A DNA stretch of 64,000 nucleotides from the human T2T-CHM13v2.0 reference genome, Homo sapiens (GCF_009914755.1 NC_060944.1), one strand, 5' to 3'; counted from the stretch's first letter, positions 25,505 through 40,548 are shown. Notes: generated from the letters alone by a model not told the origin. Numbers and translations are program-made.

Positions 25505-25639
25505 TCCGTGGAAAATATTATTCTCTCTTTAAATAAATAAGTTGAAGGACAGAGATTTGCCACCTCACTTCTCAATGAATTAAAATACAATATACAATTT
25601 TCTATAGGTGGGAGGGCTCATTTGATGCAATGCTAAGGT

Positions 25640-27100
25640 TTACTGTTCAGCTGTGGTAATCAAGACAGTCTGGTTGGCAGAGGGACAGATGCATGCAACA
25701 GTGGAACAGAGTAGAGAACCCAAGAATAGACACGCACAAATGTGCCCAAAAGATTTTTGACAAAGATGCAAAAGCAGTTCAATGGAAGATAAAAAGCCTT
25801 TTCAACAGATCGTGCTGGGGCAATTTGACATCCACACGCAAGAAACAAAGCACATTGACCTAAACCTCACACGTTATACAAAACTTCACTCAAAATGGAT
25901 CATAGACTTAAAGATAAAACATAAAGCTATAAAACATTTAGAAAAAAGCAGGAGAAAATCAGTCTTCAGAATCTAAGGCTAGGCAAAGAATTACTAGATG
26001 TGAAAACCAAAAGCACAATTCATAAAAGGAAAAAAATTGATAAATCGGACCTCATCAAAGTTGAAAACTTTTAACCCATGAGAGGCCCAATTAAGAGGAG
26101 GAAAAGACAAGCTACAGATTAGGAGAATATATTTGCAAACTGCATATCTGACAAAGAACTAGTACCTAGAATTCTTAAAACTTGACGGAATTCTCGAGAA
26201 CTCTCAAAAGTCAGCAGTTAAAAAAATCCAAATAGAAAATGAGCAAAAGACACAAACAAATATTTCACTGAAAAGAACATGCAGATGGAAATAAACACAT
26301 GAAAAAATGTTCAACATCATTAGCCATTAGGGAAATGCAAATTAAGGCCACAATCGGATATTGCTACACACCTATCAGAATGACCAAAATAAAAAACGAT
26401 GGGAACTTTCGCATTCAATCACTGGTGAGGAATGGAGACACTAGAACACTCATACATTCCTGATGGGAATGTAAAACGGTACCGTATTCTGGAAAACAGT
26501 TTTTTAAAAACTGCCTTATGACTTGGCAGTTGCAATCCTGGACATAAAAATGAAAACTTATGTTTGTGCAAAAACTTATGCTCAAATCTTCATAGCAGCT
26601 CTCTTCATAATAGGCAAAAACTGGTAAACCACCCGGAAGCCTGTCTATGGTTTTTTTTAACTAAAAAAAGCTGTGTTATATCCATACTATGGACTGCTAC
26701 TTGCAATACAAAGGAATAAAATATTGATAACACACAATTTGAATAAATCTTCAGAGAATTATGCTGAGTGAAAAAAACCAGTCCTCAAAGGTTACATAAA
26801 CTATATGATTCCATTTATGTAACATTCTTGAAACCACACAATTATAGAAATGGAGAACAGATTAGTGGTTGCCATGGCTCGGGGGCAGGGTTGGGGGTGG
26901 GAGATGGGTTTGGTTATACAAGGGCAATGAGGGATCCTCGTGGTGATAGAAATGTCTGTATCTTGACTATATCACTGTCAATATCTTTATTGTGACTGTT
27001 AACATTGGGGGAAACTGGAAAGGGTATATGGACTCTCTCTGTTTATTTCTTACAACTGCATGTAAATCTATAATAATCTCAAAAGAATACATTTTAAAAA
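25640..27100 (+). mobile_element. L1MC/MD ORF2 end and 3'UTR
   Basis: ttagccattagggaaatgcaaattaag; 3' end ttcttacaactgcatgtaaatcta...ctcaaaa. Confidence 0.9.
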
Positions 27101-28214
27101 GAATATATTATACAATTTTCTATACCCAGACACTACTAAATATAATTATATCTTTGGTAACACAGACACACTGTTCTCAGATAACGGAAGTAGTGCGGTG
27201 ATTATGTGTGTGACTTGACAATGGGATGGGCTGGGTTCAAATCTCAGCTACCAGTCCCTTCACCTCCTTGGGCCTCAGTTTCCACACCTGCAGGTGCTGA
27301 GCAATGAGAGGAACTGTCTCGTGGGGTTGCTGGGGGGACACGATGACGTGATTCATGAGACATGCAGAGCACAATGCTCACTTGCAGTGGCTGCCCAGTA
27401 AATGAAATTGCCACTTTTCCGGGCTGTAGAAAAGGCTACAGGTAGAGGCAGGCAGAGGATTGGACCCGAGAGCATCCTCTGAGAGCTCTAGATTGGGATC
27501 ATGTCTCACCAGCCAGGGGGTTTGTTTTGACTTCTTTCTTGCAGGGAAGTGTCTGCTGAGTGGTCCATTCCACTCCCCTGAGTTTGGCCTGGTCGCTTCT
27601 TGTCTGCCCTCTGGACCCCGGTGGGTGCAAACTTTCATGGGTGTCTCTCCACCTGGAGCCTGTGGTTGGGACTGCTCAGGTGGGGACACAGCCTGGGGGG
27701 TGATCCTCTGTAAGGCAAAATGGAGCAGGAGTGGAACCCATGCCTACTGCATACCTATTGTGTGCCTTGTGACTTACGTGCTGCAGCTCACGGAATTCTC
27801 CCAACAACTTTGAGCAGTAGGTGCTATAATCACTCCTGCGTGATCCAGAGAAAACCGAGACTTGGTGAGGGGAATGGACTTGTCCAAGGTTGTGCAACTA
27901 GTAGGTGGCAGAGCTGAGATCTGAGCCCTGGTCTGTCTGATTTAAATCCAGAATCATTTTCACTGTTGATAATAACCTCACCACTTATTAAGTATCTACT
28001 AGAGTAATCAATATGCTAGCTCTTTCCATTGAGGTATGATCACCTTTCCATTTTAGAGAAGAGGAAATAGGGGTTAGGCAAGGTGCATTGCCAAGATGGA
28101 CAACAGCTCTCAAAAAACAGCCAACCTTGCAGCCAACGGGCAGCTTTCTTGTGTGCCCCCAACCCCACCTGTAGCTCCAGCCCAGCTCAGCCAAGATCAC
28201 TCAAGCTTTGGGAC

Positions 28215-28850
28215 TTTTAAATGCTGAGTCAGCAAACAGCCCCTACCTTGAGATACTCTGCCTAGGCAGACTGTGGTTGTTTGCACTTCAGCTTCAGGCC
28301 TCCAGGGTCAGCTGAGATAGCAAGACCTTCCCCTGGGGGCTGGATGGGGTCATTGGGAGCCACTGAGAGACCCTTTCCCCACTTGGCCTGGCAGACAGAG
28401 TGGCAGTTGGAAGAGGCTCGAGGTGGCTGTGGTGGTAACAACTTCCTTTTGAGTAATAACATTTACTGAAAAGCAATTCTGCTTTTAGCACCAGAAGTTC
28501 ACCATCCTTGCAAGCAGGCGCCTAAGAATACCTTCATTCAACCACAGTTCAGAGATTCACAGACTTCCTTTTGCACTCCCTCCAGGAGAGTTTCACATTT
28601 GGTGTTGAGGGAAAACCAAATACCACAATTATTGGAGGGGGTGGGAGGGGTGTTGAGAGGGAGGTGATGCGAAGGAGGCCAGGTGGCATCAACCACAGCC
28701 CCCAAGGCCTCACAGGCAGCCTCTGGGCAGCGGCTCAGCCTCTCGCCCTCAGTTACTGGAAAGACAGCGGACGAGCTCATAATGAAACCGACAGGCTGAC
28801 AATTTATCTTCCTTTTACAAGAAAAAGAAAGTGATTGTCCTTCAAACAAG
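28215..28850. promoter_or_regulatory. Candidate haematopoietic enhancer (MARE, RUNX x5, ETS x2, IRF-like)
   Basis: Apparently repeat-free block; TGCTGAGTCAGCA at 28222; TGTGGT/ACCACA at 28272, 28428, 28541, 28622, 28692; ACTTCCT at 28441, 28563. Confidence 0.6.
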
Positions 28851-29389
28851 CATGACTTTGGAAGCCAGGGACTTACCCTGGCCACTCTGCAAATTAGAGA
28901 CAGAGCCAGGCTGCTCCAGAGGCCCCGAGCCCCTGCCTGTCACCCCCAATTAGCGCTGGAGTTCTTTAGGCTCGTTTTTTCTATTGCCCAAAATCCAGTC
29001 TACTGGGGCATAATGGGGACTTATGGAAAGAAAAAAATCCAATCTGCACTTGGGAGGGGATAGCCTTAAATGTTAGGCACTCACCGCAGGCAGCTGGGGG
29101 TGGCTGAGGGCAAGGGAGAAGGCATGGGTGGGGAAGGAGGGGATGTGCCAGGCAGAGCCAGGAGGCTCCAAAAAGCAGCTCTAAAAAGCTCTCCCCCTCC
29201 CAGCAATCCAGCCTCCTGACTCACGCCAGACACAGAGGCAGCTGATGGGATGGGAAGAGGCTGGCTTTGGGAGCCACAGGGATGTGGGGGCAAACTCCAG
29301 CTCTGCCACTTGCTGGCTGTGTGACCTTGGGTGGGTAACTTCACCTCTCTGAGACTCAGTTTCCTCACCTTTAAGATGAGGATGAGTAT

Positions 29390-30275
<886 letters not shown>

Positions 30276-31384
30276 AGATGCAGGGTTTTGTGGTGAGAAG
30301 GGAAGAAGGACGTGTGTGGCGGGTTCAGCACCAGCCCAGGGTGCGTGCTCACTGTCACTTCTTCTCTCCTCTGCCCAGCACCAGCCCCATGTCATGTGCT
30401 TGTTGAATTCCTACAATGGAAGGATGCATTTTACAGATGCAGGAATGAGACCACAGAGCCCAAGCGACTGTCTCAGCCCGCAGCGGGGCAAGGCTTTGAA
30501 TTCTGGTCTGCGGGTCTCTTGGCCTCCAGGACAATGGTGACAGTGTCCAGTCTGACTTGGGGTCTGGGTGAGAGAAATGGCTGGTGGGGCCATCAGACTC
30601 TTGAGAAGAGGCCCTGGCTTTGAGGATCTCCAGCCGACATCTGGGCTTAGGACTGGGGTTCACGCCCCGTCCTCCTGTCCCACAGTCCCACATTCTGCCC
30701 CAAAGCAGAATGCAAGCCCCATCAAGGAGGCTCAGGGTTTCCAGAGAGGGGCTTCCTCAACTTTCTGTTGCTGGAAAGTTCTGTCCCAGAAAGGGCAGAC
30801 GCTTGAGGAGCTCCTGGATCCGGCAGAAGGCTCTGAGACTAGGAGACCCCTGGTGTCCTCGCTCCCCGGCACCCCGCCAGTTCTCGAATACAAGGGACTT
30901 TCCAGAGAAGTCAGCCTCCTGGCTGCCTCCAAGCCTGCCCAGGCCTGCAGGCCCAGGTCTCCATGAAGCTCAGTCCTGCCTCGGTTTCCCTGTTTTTAAT
31001 TTCTTGGAGAGGCCAAGGAGTTTGGAGGTGAACAGCCTCATACGAGCACTAATTTCCCCTAGGCCTGGGGCATAGGAATTTTGGAGCCATAAACAGGCTT
31101 CTCACAGCCCCCATGATGAGTCCTCCCCACACTCCATCCACCCTGGACTCTGGGCTGAGCTGGGCAAGGAGCTGGTCTGGGGTGGGCTGGGTGTTGCCTG
31201 TGGGTGCGGCTCAGAGCTGGGGGCGCTACCTCTGCCCTTCTGTCCCCCATCAGAGCTGCCCCAGCTGTATGAGAACCCCTCCCACAATGGCTACAACAGA
31301 GGGCACGCAAGTGAGACGCCAGGAAGAACTGCTTCAGCTTCGTTATCCTCAAAGGTGTTCGTACCCATCAAGCCTCCTAGAGCA

Positions 31385-31690
31385 GACCTCCATGACAGCT
31401 GCCCATGGGACAGGTCCACTCTGGAGATATGTTTAGTTTGGTCCTTAAAGTATTTTTTTTTAATGTGAATCAATTGCCAACATCTGACATGCCAGGAGAT
31501 TTCACATAAAGTCCTTTTCTCTGGCTTCTCTTGAAAAATGGGAAGATGTGGCCATACTGGGCCCACATTCCTACTGGACACAGGAGGCCTGGGAGTGGGG
31601 TTGCGGGAGGCCCTTTCTTAGTGGCACATAGTAGGTACTTTCCTGTTCACCCAGTCCCTGCATGCCCCACTTTCCTCATATCATTTCCTT
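31385..31690. mobile_element. MER102-like hAT fragment
   Basis: gagatttcacataaa...ctggcttctcttgaaaaatgggaagat; related antisense copy at ~41340-41825. Confidence 0.55.
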
Positions 31691-31875
31691 GCCAGGGTCT
31701 TGAAGTATGAGTAGGAGTGCGCCAGAAAAGGGCAGTGGAAAAGCGTTCCAGCAAAGGGGAACAGCGTGAGTCGGTGAGATGCATCTGTTCAAGATTCACT
31801 CGACAAATATGTATTGATACTTACTGTATACACAGGGACATACAGCAAGAAACCAAACAAATCAAAATCTCTGCC

Positions 31876-32096
31876 CTCTGGTTCTCAGCTAGAGGTGGTT
31901 TTGTTCCCCATGGGACACTTGGTTATGTCTGGAGATGTGTGTGGTTGTCACAGCTGGGTGGAGGGAGGGTGCTATCAGCATCTAGTGGGGAGAGGCCAAG
32001 GAGGCTGCTGAACCAATCCTACAAAGCCCAGGGCAGCCTTCAGGTGCAGAATGATCTGGCCCCAAATGTCAGTCAAGCCAAGGTCGAGGGACCCTG
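31876..32096 (+). mobile_element. MER20
   Basis: ggttctca...gtctggaga...ggttgtcaca...gcatctagtggggagaggcca...ccccaaatgtca. Confidence 0.85.
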
Positions 32097-35000
32097 GTCC
32101 GGGGGCACAGACACCAAATAGGACAAGCCAATGAACTCAAACCGTGAAGCCAGCAGCTGATGAGCACTTTCGGATTAAATGAGCCGGAGCATGGTGAGAG
32201 GGATGCAGAGGGGTGTGGCTGCTCAAACAGGTGCCGTCTGCACAGGGGCAGGTCCTGAAAAGATTGTGGCACTGCTGGCAGGGTGGCCCTGGCATTGTAG
32301 GTGTTCACTGAGTGGCACTTTCTTTTTTCCACCCTGCCTAATCTTCATGACGTCCTTGCTGTGGAGCAGGGATCTGTGTTCCTGACCGGGCATCGCAAGC
32401 CGTTAAGAGGCTGACCCAGGGCTCCTGACCACTCAGTCAGTGTCCTTGTGCTGCCTGGAGGTAGTGATGGTCTCTGAATTGCCTCCTGTCATTCAGTCAG
32501 TCAACAAACATCTAACAGGAGCCCATTGGGGCATAGGGGGAGGGAGCAACTTAGGGTGAACTGCTCAGCTTACAACATGTGGTAGGTACGCAGGAAAGAC
32601 TGGTGAAAGGAATGAAAAGAAAGAATAAGTGAATAAGCAAGCCTCAGGCCATTAAGACAATGATCATGGCCAGCATTGATTGAGTGCCTACTGTGTGGCA
32701 GGCTCATCCTAAACCCTCCATGTGAGAGTCTTACAGAAGGAACACCTCTGAAAGGGGGGCCAACGACCATCCCCACTTTCAAGGTGAGAAGACTGAGGGG
32801 AAGAGAGGTGATGTCAACTGCCCGAGGCCTAGCAAGAGAATGGCAAGGCTGTCGCCGGAGCCTGGGCCTACCAGATCCCAGGGTGCACCTGCTGCCTCAG
32901 TGTTGTGTATGCTGTGGCTCAAATCGTTATGCCACCGGCCCTGTGAGGGAGGTGCTAGCATTATCCCATGTTACAGATGAGGAAACCAAGTCTCAGAGAC
33001 AGGAAGTGACTTGCCCAAGGTCACACGGCATGTGTGTTTGAATCTAGATTTCACGTTTTCAGCCACCAAACCCTGCCCCTCGTAAGCCCTGGCCGCTCTG
33101 TGAGGAGGATGCGTAAGTCCCAAGGGGTTGGGGAGGGAAAGTGGGCCAGGGAGCTAAGCCCTCCAGGGTCTGCAGGACCAGGCAGGAGGCTCTGAAGGAG
33201 GCAGGGTCCCTGGTGGGCAGATGGGAGCAGGTGGGCCTGGGGAGCCGCCAGCCTTCCGCCCCCACGTGCAGGCATGCCCGCCAGGAGGGCCTGTGGAGAG
33301 GCCGCCCCGCGGTGTGTGCCAGGCTGACAATGGCTCCTTGTGTCTGTGCCGACGGTGGGAGAGGGGAGGTATTGTTTGCCAGGACACCTTCCCGCCAAGG
33401 CTGGCTGCAGGCGGTCCTTGTCCTAGGACGCTTGGCACGGGGCTGTTCCGGGCGCCAGAGGGAAGTGTGTGTGTGCATGTGTGTGGCTGGGTGTTCTGGG
33501 CCACGTTGGTGCTGGCTGCGGCTCCCTGGGTGTGCCTGTGCACGTGTGTGTGGGGTGAGGGCATGTGTGTCTATCTGAGTGTGCCCATGCACGTCTTGCA
33601 CACCCATGGCCAGTGTGTCTGAATAGTCTTGTGGCTTGGGGCTTCCATGTGTCTCCCTGGGCGTGGCTGTGGCTGTGACTTTACGTCTGGCACCGTGTGT
33701 CTCTCTGTACCTCTGGACCACGTGTGGCTCTGAGCACCTTTGGTTTGCGTGCCCATGTATGTCTCAGCCTGTCCCTCTGCTTGTGTCTCCATCTCCCTCG
33801 GGGTCTGTCTGTGGAGCATCTTGATCCCAAGGGGGCAAGAAAGCCTCTGTTTCAGAGTGCGGGCTGAGTTCCATTCGTGGCTGATAGGTGAGGGAGGGGG
33901 CTTCAGGCAGAGGGAATGGTGGGTGCCCAAGCTGGGGGGCAGGATGGAGTTGGCAGATCTGCAAGAGCAGCCAGGAGGCTGGGTGGCCGCAGTGAAGTGA
34001 GTGGAGGTGAGAGGACACCAGGGGCCACCTGCAGGCCAGAGTCCAAAGTGAGGGGCAGCCATCAGAGGATCTGGATGGGACCATGACATGGTCTGTTTCA
34101 TGGCAACGCCTTTGGCTGCAGGTGAAAAATGGGTTGTAGGGCAAGCCTGAGAGGTGTTGGGAGTCGCTGTGGCCAGTGTTAGGAAGCAGTTCCACAGCGC
34201 CACCTCAAGGAACCCCCACTCCATGGCAGGGGTTGCAACTTCCCCATTTTGCAGAGGTGGAAACTGAGGCCCAGGGAGGAGAAATGCCTCCCAAGGCCTG
34301 CAGCCTGGGAGCTGGCCCAATGCTAAAGCCAACCCTCCACCTCCTCCATCTTGGCTGCCTGCTCCTCTGCAAGTCGCTCTGCATCTTGAGGCTCTGGTGA
34401 CGCCTGTGCTAAAGTCAGAGAACCTGGAGTCCTCGTCAGGTCAGGAACCAGGACTCTGGAGCCAGATGACTTGGGTTCGAATCCTGCCTCTGTAGCTGTG
34501 TGACCTTGGGCAAATCACTTAGCCTCTCTGCACCCCAGTGACCTCATTGGCCAAATGGGAGTGCTTGTTCATCATTACCTCCAAAGTGCTGTGCCACTAG
34601 ATCCCACCTGTGACAGCCGCATCTCCTATCCCTGCTTTATTTTTCTCCAAAACACTCATCACCTTCTAGCATACTACATCTTGTATTTACTTCCGATGAC
34701 ACTGGAGTGTCCGTTCCACGGCATTTTGGGTTTTTTGTTCATGAGTAGTGTCTAGAACAGGGTCCTGCACATAGTTGGTGCTCAGGACTATCTTGTTGCA
34801 AGAACCAGGTAATACATGTGACATATGGGAACACAGCCTGGCACGTAGTGGGTGGAATGGAGGTGTCTGCTGTTGTCATTAAGTTGGGAGTAGGCACTTG
34901 GAAGCAGGACAGCCCAGTCAATCCTGATTAGGAATGGGTGTCCCATCTCCTTTTCTGCACATCCTTCTTGCCTTCAGGACCTGCTCAGCCCACTCTGGGC

Positions 35001-36539
35001 CAGACATCTTTTATATTGGTCTCTGAAAATAGGGAGACTCTGGCAGGTGCTATGAGCTGCTGGTTTCAAGCCTTATGAGGGATCAGTGACCCGGTTTCCC
35101 CACCTGACCACAGCTGATCCAGAGGCTTCGATGGTCTCTGCTCTCTCAGGACTCTCCTCTGTATATTCCCCTATATATATATTCCCCCTGACCACCCCAC
35201 TGCCCCAGATCTTCCCAGTCCCTCTGTCGGTAAATACAGTTGGCAGCTCTGGCAAAAATGTCCTGCCAATGGTACAACGAGTCGTTGGTGAATATTTAGG
35301 AAGCCCAGCGGGTTTGTCAAGGAAGCAGCTTCCTGAGCATAAATATTTCTAAGAAAGAATGAAAGGAGGGGCCTCGGCCTCAGAGATCAGTGGGTGGTGT
35401 GCTGACCTCCCAAGGTCATCATGTCCAGTCCTCTGCTGCATGGTCATTGCTTCTGGTGTCCCATTGGCACCTGGCATCCTGGTTTCCTGAGAAGGGTCAG
35501 GAGCTGCAGGGGGAATCCAGGCCCAGGCGGAGAACAACCTGCTCTGTCCTCTCACTTCCTTCCTGCTTTTCTTCCAGACTCCCATCCCTGGCTGGGACAT
35601 GCTGCAGTTGTCAGCAGCTGCACAGGAGAAGCAGGTTGGGGGCTGACCAGGGTAGCCATGGCTTCCTTGAGGACCCACTGTGGTGTGGGGGCTTTGCTCA
35701 GCGTAACTGGATAAACTTGGTATCGGCCCTCCCCTCCTGCAGCTGCCAAGGTTCAGGCCTCTTCTCCCATTCCTCTCTCCACCCCACATTTATTGAGCAC
35801 CTACTATGTGCCCAGCCCTCGGAGACAATGAAAAGACCTCTGCCCTACCTTTGCCCTGGTTCTGATGTCCAGTATCTGTCCTGGGACAGTTGTGACAGCT
35901 GCTCAATTGTCCCTTTCAGTCTCTCCCTGTCCCAGCCCTTCCCCTTCCACAACGGCTGAGTTCATCTTCAGAAAGTGCAACTCCAGATCTTGCTTCTGCT
36001 CTGCTCTAAAACCATCAATGGCTCCCCGCTGCGACCTGGAGAAAGTCCAAACGGCCCGGCTGGGTGAGCCTGGTCCTGCTCCATCTACCCCAACTGCCCT
36101 CTGCAGCTTCGTTCCCCACGTCGCCAGCCACGAGGATGACCCCTAGTTTTTCGAACACACCTGGCCCCTCCCACCTCCTTACCCTTGCTCAAGCCATTCC
36201 TGCCAGCCCAGTGCCCTTTCTCAGCCAACCTCTCGTGTCTGTAGCCTTTTGTTTGTTTCTTTCTTTCAGGACACATCACACAGTGCTTTGAATTGCACTT
36301 ATTTATATCTTCTTTTCCTCCCAGAGGGCAGGAAGTTGCCAGATTCATTTCTGGGCTTGGCGCCAGGCTCAAAGTAGGTCCTTGTTAGATTCGCTGGCTG
36401 AGCTGGTGAGGATGCTGTATTTGCGCGGGTCTGGGGCCACCCAGCACATGTGTCCCTTCTTCTGGAGACCACGTTGAGTTTCCCCTGTGGTGCCTCCACC
36501 CCCTTGGTCTTGTGAATTAGGAGAGTTGACCCCATCCAT

Positions 36540-36930
36540 CCTCAGGGCTGCAGGCCTGGCCAGTCAGGCCCCTGGCCACATGGATTGGTTCAGGGGTAAG
36601 CACACGATCCAATCAGGGCCAAGAAATTAAACCGGCGACTTTGGAATGGGAAAGACGTTGCCGCCTTGAGGTGGCTGAGCTCGTTGTAGGATGTCAGCCT
36701 GGAGCAGCTGAGGCACTGTGCCACCCTGAGAAACAGAGACCGCCTGAGAATGCCAGTGACATGGGGCAAAGCAGAGCCAAGAGGCGCAGACAGCCCCCAG
36801 ACGAAAATCGTCAGCGGTGCTCCTGGATCCAGCTGTATCTGAAGCAGACATGGCTCTCTCATTCTCCCTTTTTAAAACCCACCTTGGGTTGGGTTTCCAT
36901 TGCCTGCAGCTACAAGAAATCCTGACAAAT
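36540..36930 (+). mobile_element. MLT1 fragment
   Basis: gattggttcagggg...; ttgggtttccattgcctgcagctacaagaaatcctgac. Confidence 0.6.
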
Positions 36931-37281
36931 AGCTGAGCCTTCTGAATATACATCTCATCACCTTACTGTCCGCACTGCCATGACCCCATGCGAAATTCTC
37001 TCATGAGGAACCCCTTTGAATATCCAAAGCTGGGGGAGGCGTCTCTTCCTCCACAGAGCTAGTTTCTTTTCTCACTCATGGGCAATATGAGCAATGATCG
37101 CTGGTTCTGGTTGCCTCAAGCTCCTTTTGGAATAAGGAAAAGAGCAAGTGGAATAACCTAAAGGACTAAAATGGGCTCGAGTTCCCAGGGGCTAAGGCTG
37201 GGCCCTCAGCCCCACTACTGTTCAGCATGGACAGGCACACAGCAGATGCTTCTCGGCCATTCACTGCTTGACAGTGCAAGG

Positions 37282-37578
37282 CAAGCTTTCTCAACCTGGG
37301 CCCTCGGGCATTCTGGACTGGCTGCTTCTCTGTGAAATACGCCAGGTTTGGTTAGGAGCGAGTTGCCCAGTCTGTGTTCTACTGACATTTAGTGCCAAAT
37401 AACTCCTGGTTGGGGGCTGTCCCATGCATTGCAGGACTTGTTTAGCAGTGTCCCTGGCCTCACTACCCGCTAGATGCCAGTAGCACCTCCTTCCCTGAGT
37501 TGTGACAGCCACACATATCTCCAGACGTTGCCAAACATTCCTTGCAGGGCAAAATCACCCCCTGGTTGAGAATATCTG
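37282..37578 (-). mobile_element. MER20 (with a duplicated terminal piece)
   Basis: ggggctgtcccatgcattgcagga...ctagatgccagtagcacc...gcaaaatcacccc...gttgagaa. Confidence 0.85.
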
Positions 37579-38219
37579 CTGTAAGCAAAGTGTGTCTCAC
37601 AGGACCTGGCACATAGCAAGTGCTCAATAAATATCAGCAAAGATGGTTCGGTGACGATGATGCTAAAGATGATCACTGAGGAAATTTGGGGCCTCAGTGA
37701 GATCCAGATTTGGCTGACTTAAGTGGGAAGGAAATTTATTAGAGGAACATGAGTGAGCTTACAGAATTTATGAGAAAGCGGAAGAGTCAGTTCAAAACAA
37801 CCCAGAAACGGAGGCAGTTCAGTAGGTCCCGACAGCAAGAAGCAGATATGCTGATAGCGGCAATGAGCTATTCCCGTTTCAGCCATCCCCCCACTTCCTC
37901 CTTCCTAACAGAACCTATTTTGCTCATTTTGCACAAGAAATCCCTGCCCCCACCCCTCCCATGGGCTCCAGGAAGATGGGCCTCAGCCAAGCCTCAGGGG
38001 ACTGATTCCCGTTGCTCTAAGTCAGCCACAGTGTCCCCCACCCCAACAAGGCCAGTGATTGATTTAGGCTGGACATGGAATGTGATTTTAGCCAATGAGA
38101 TGTGTTGAGAAATTTGTTAGAGGCTTCTGGGAAAGGTTTCCTTGCTCTTCGAGATAGAGGTTTATTTCACTTTGTATAATCCAGGTTTTCTTCTTTTTGA
38201 AGGCTGAATAATGTTCTGT

Positions 38220-38221
<2 letters not shown>

Positions 38222-38254
<33 letters not shown>

Positions 38255-38338
38255 AGACAGTTTCGCTCTTGTTGCCCAGGCTGGAGTGCAATGGCGCGAT
38301 CTTGGCTCACTGCAACCTCTACCTCCCGGGTTCAAGCA
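38222..38338 (-). mobile_element. Truncated AluSp/Sq (3' ~85 nt plus tail)
   Basis: gtttcgctcttgttgcccagg diagnostic. Confidence 0.9.
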
Positions 38339-38481
38339 GGCCCCATATGTGTGGCCTGTGCAGAAAGAGACTGGCAGCCTGGAGGGGTGAGACCTGGGTG
38401 GAAATGAAGAATTCAACCAAAGCAAGTAAAGAAACTGCCAGAAGCTTGAGCCCCCGAGAAGCTCCCGATGTCTGGGGGTAA

Positions 38482-38845
<364 letters not shown>

Positions 38846-39594
38846 TGAGGGACACCTCAGCGTTAAGCCAAAAACAGCCGAGGCAGCATTCATGCCTCCT
38901 CCTTCCAAAGGCCCCCATGTCTCCAGGGGTTGGGAGCCTCCAGCTCTAGGCTGCGGGGATCCCCTCTGCCATTCAGGCCCAGCCCCTCTACACTGGGCCC
39001 TGAGCATGTACCTGGCTCCCCCAGTGTACCCGAGGGCCTTGCTGTCACCGGATGGATTGAGCAACTCAACCGAGTGTGCATTTTCCAGCTCAGGCTAACC
39101 ACCATTCAGTCACTTCCCCTCACGTTCATAGACCAGTTGGTTCCTTGTCATTTCTCAGGGGACACCATGACCCTTCTTGTGAACTCTCCATGATGCAGGC
39201 GAGAATCTGAGTCACCCAGAGCTAGCAACCTGATTCACCTTTGTCCCCCAAACCCCTGGCCTGGCTCTCAGATGAAAACAAATAATAATAATAATAATGA
39301 ATATAGCCACTAATTCCTACAGTGTCCTGAGAGCTTTACAGGTACCTGCACTGACTTTCAGGTAGGTACATGCTTGTCCCCATTTCCTAGATGAGGAGAC
39401 TGAGTCCCAGAGAAGGTGAGTAACTTGCTTATAAGGGAAGAAGGAGTCGTGATCTGAAGCTAAGCAATAGGGTGGATACATTCAAGCATGTTTGGTTAGA
39501 CATTTAGCAAAACACCTTTGCTGAAAAAAAAGTTTTGAAAAAAAGTTATGAAAAAAAAAGATTGGAAACTCTATTTTTAAATGTATCACCAGCT

Positions 39595-39875
<281 letters not shown>

Positions 39876-40253
39876 AAATGTATCACCAGCTCCATCCATT
39901 CATCAGACACATGTTTCCATAGTAGATACCTTGTGCCTGGAAGGTTCTTCTTACGAGGGACATGGGAGTGAACAAACAGGTAAGGTCCCCTCCCCCCTGG
40001 AACTTGTAGTCCAGTGAACACAATCAATCCATTTAGGACTTGAACATTTGAAATTGAGACTTCCCTGTACCTATAATTATCAGAACTGTATGAGATCCTG
40101 AGGTGGAAAGATGGTGACTTCTGTGGGCTTTTTTGCTCAAACACAATTCTTTAAGAAAGAGACCTGCATCTCGGGCTGCCCACCGCAGTGTGAGGATGTG
40201 AGAAAGACCCAGGGACCTCACAGACCATGTGATGTCACAGAAGGCACAGGACT

Positions 40254-40390
40254 GCCAGGTGCAGTGGGTCACACTGTAATCCCAGCACTTTGGGAGGCAA
40301 ACATGGGGGTGTCGCTTGAGGTCAGGAGTTCAAGACCAGCCTGAGCAACACAGCAAGACTCTGTCTCTGCAAAAAACCAAAAACCAAAAC
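40254..40390 (+). mobile_element. FLAM/Alu left monomer
   Basis: Single monomer with A-rich tail. Confidence 0.85.
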
Positions 40391-40548
40391 CACAGGGCGG
40401 GGAGGTCAGACCAGCTGCCTGGAATCCCAGCCCAGACCCTCACCAGCATGTGACCCAGGACGGGCCACGTGCTGTCTCCTCAGGAAGCCTCAATTTTCTC
40501 ATCTGGAGACAGGGACAATGAATCCCTTCCAGGATCACTGTGAAAAGA

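Noticed and set aside
33059-34332. Overlapping 220- and 253-aa ORFs; GC/TG-rich stretch resembling a CpG island
   Set aside because: Stop-poor GC-rich DNA open in several frames, no recognisable domain, CpG still depleted
34450-34570. Perfect B box GGTTCGAATCC suggesting a second tRNA
   Set aside because: tRNA-derived head of a MIR; no cloverleaf
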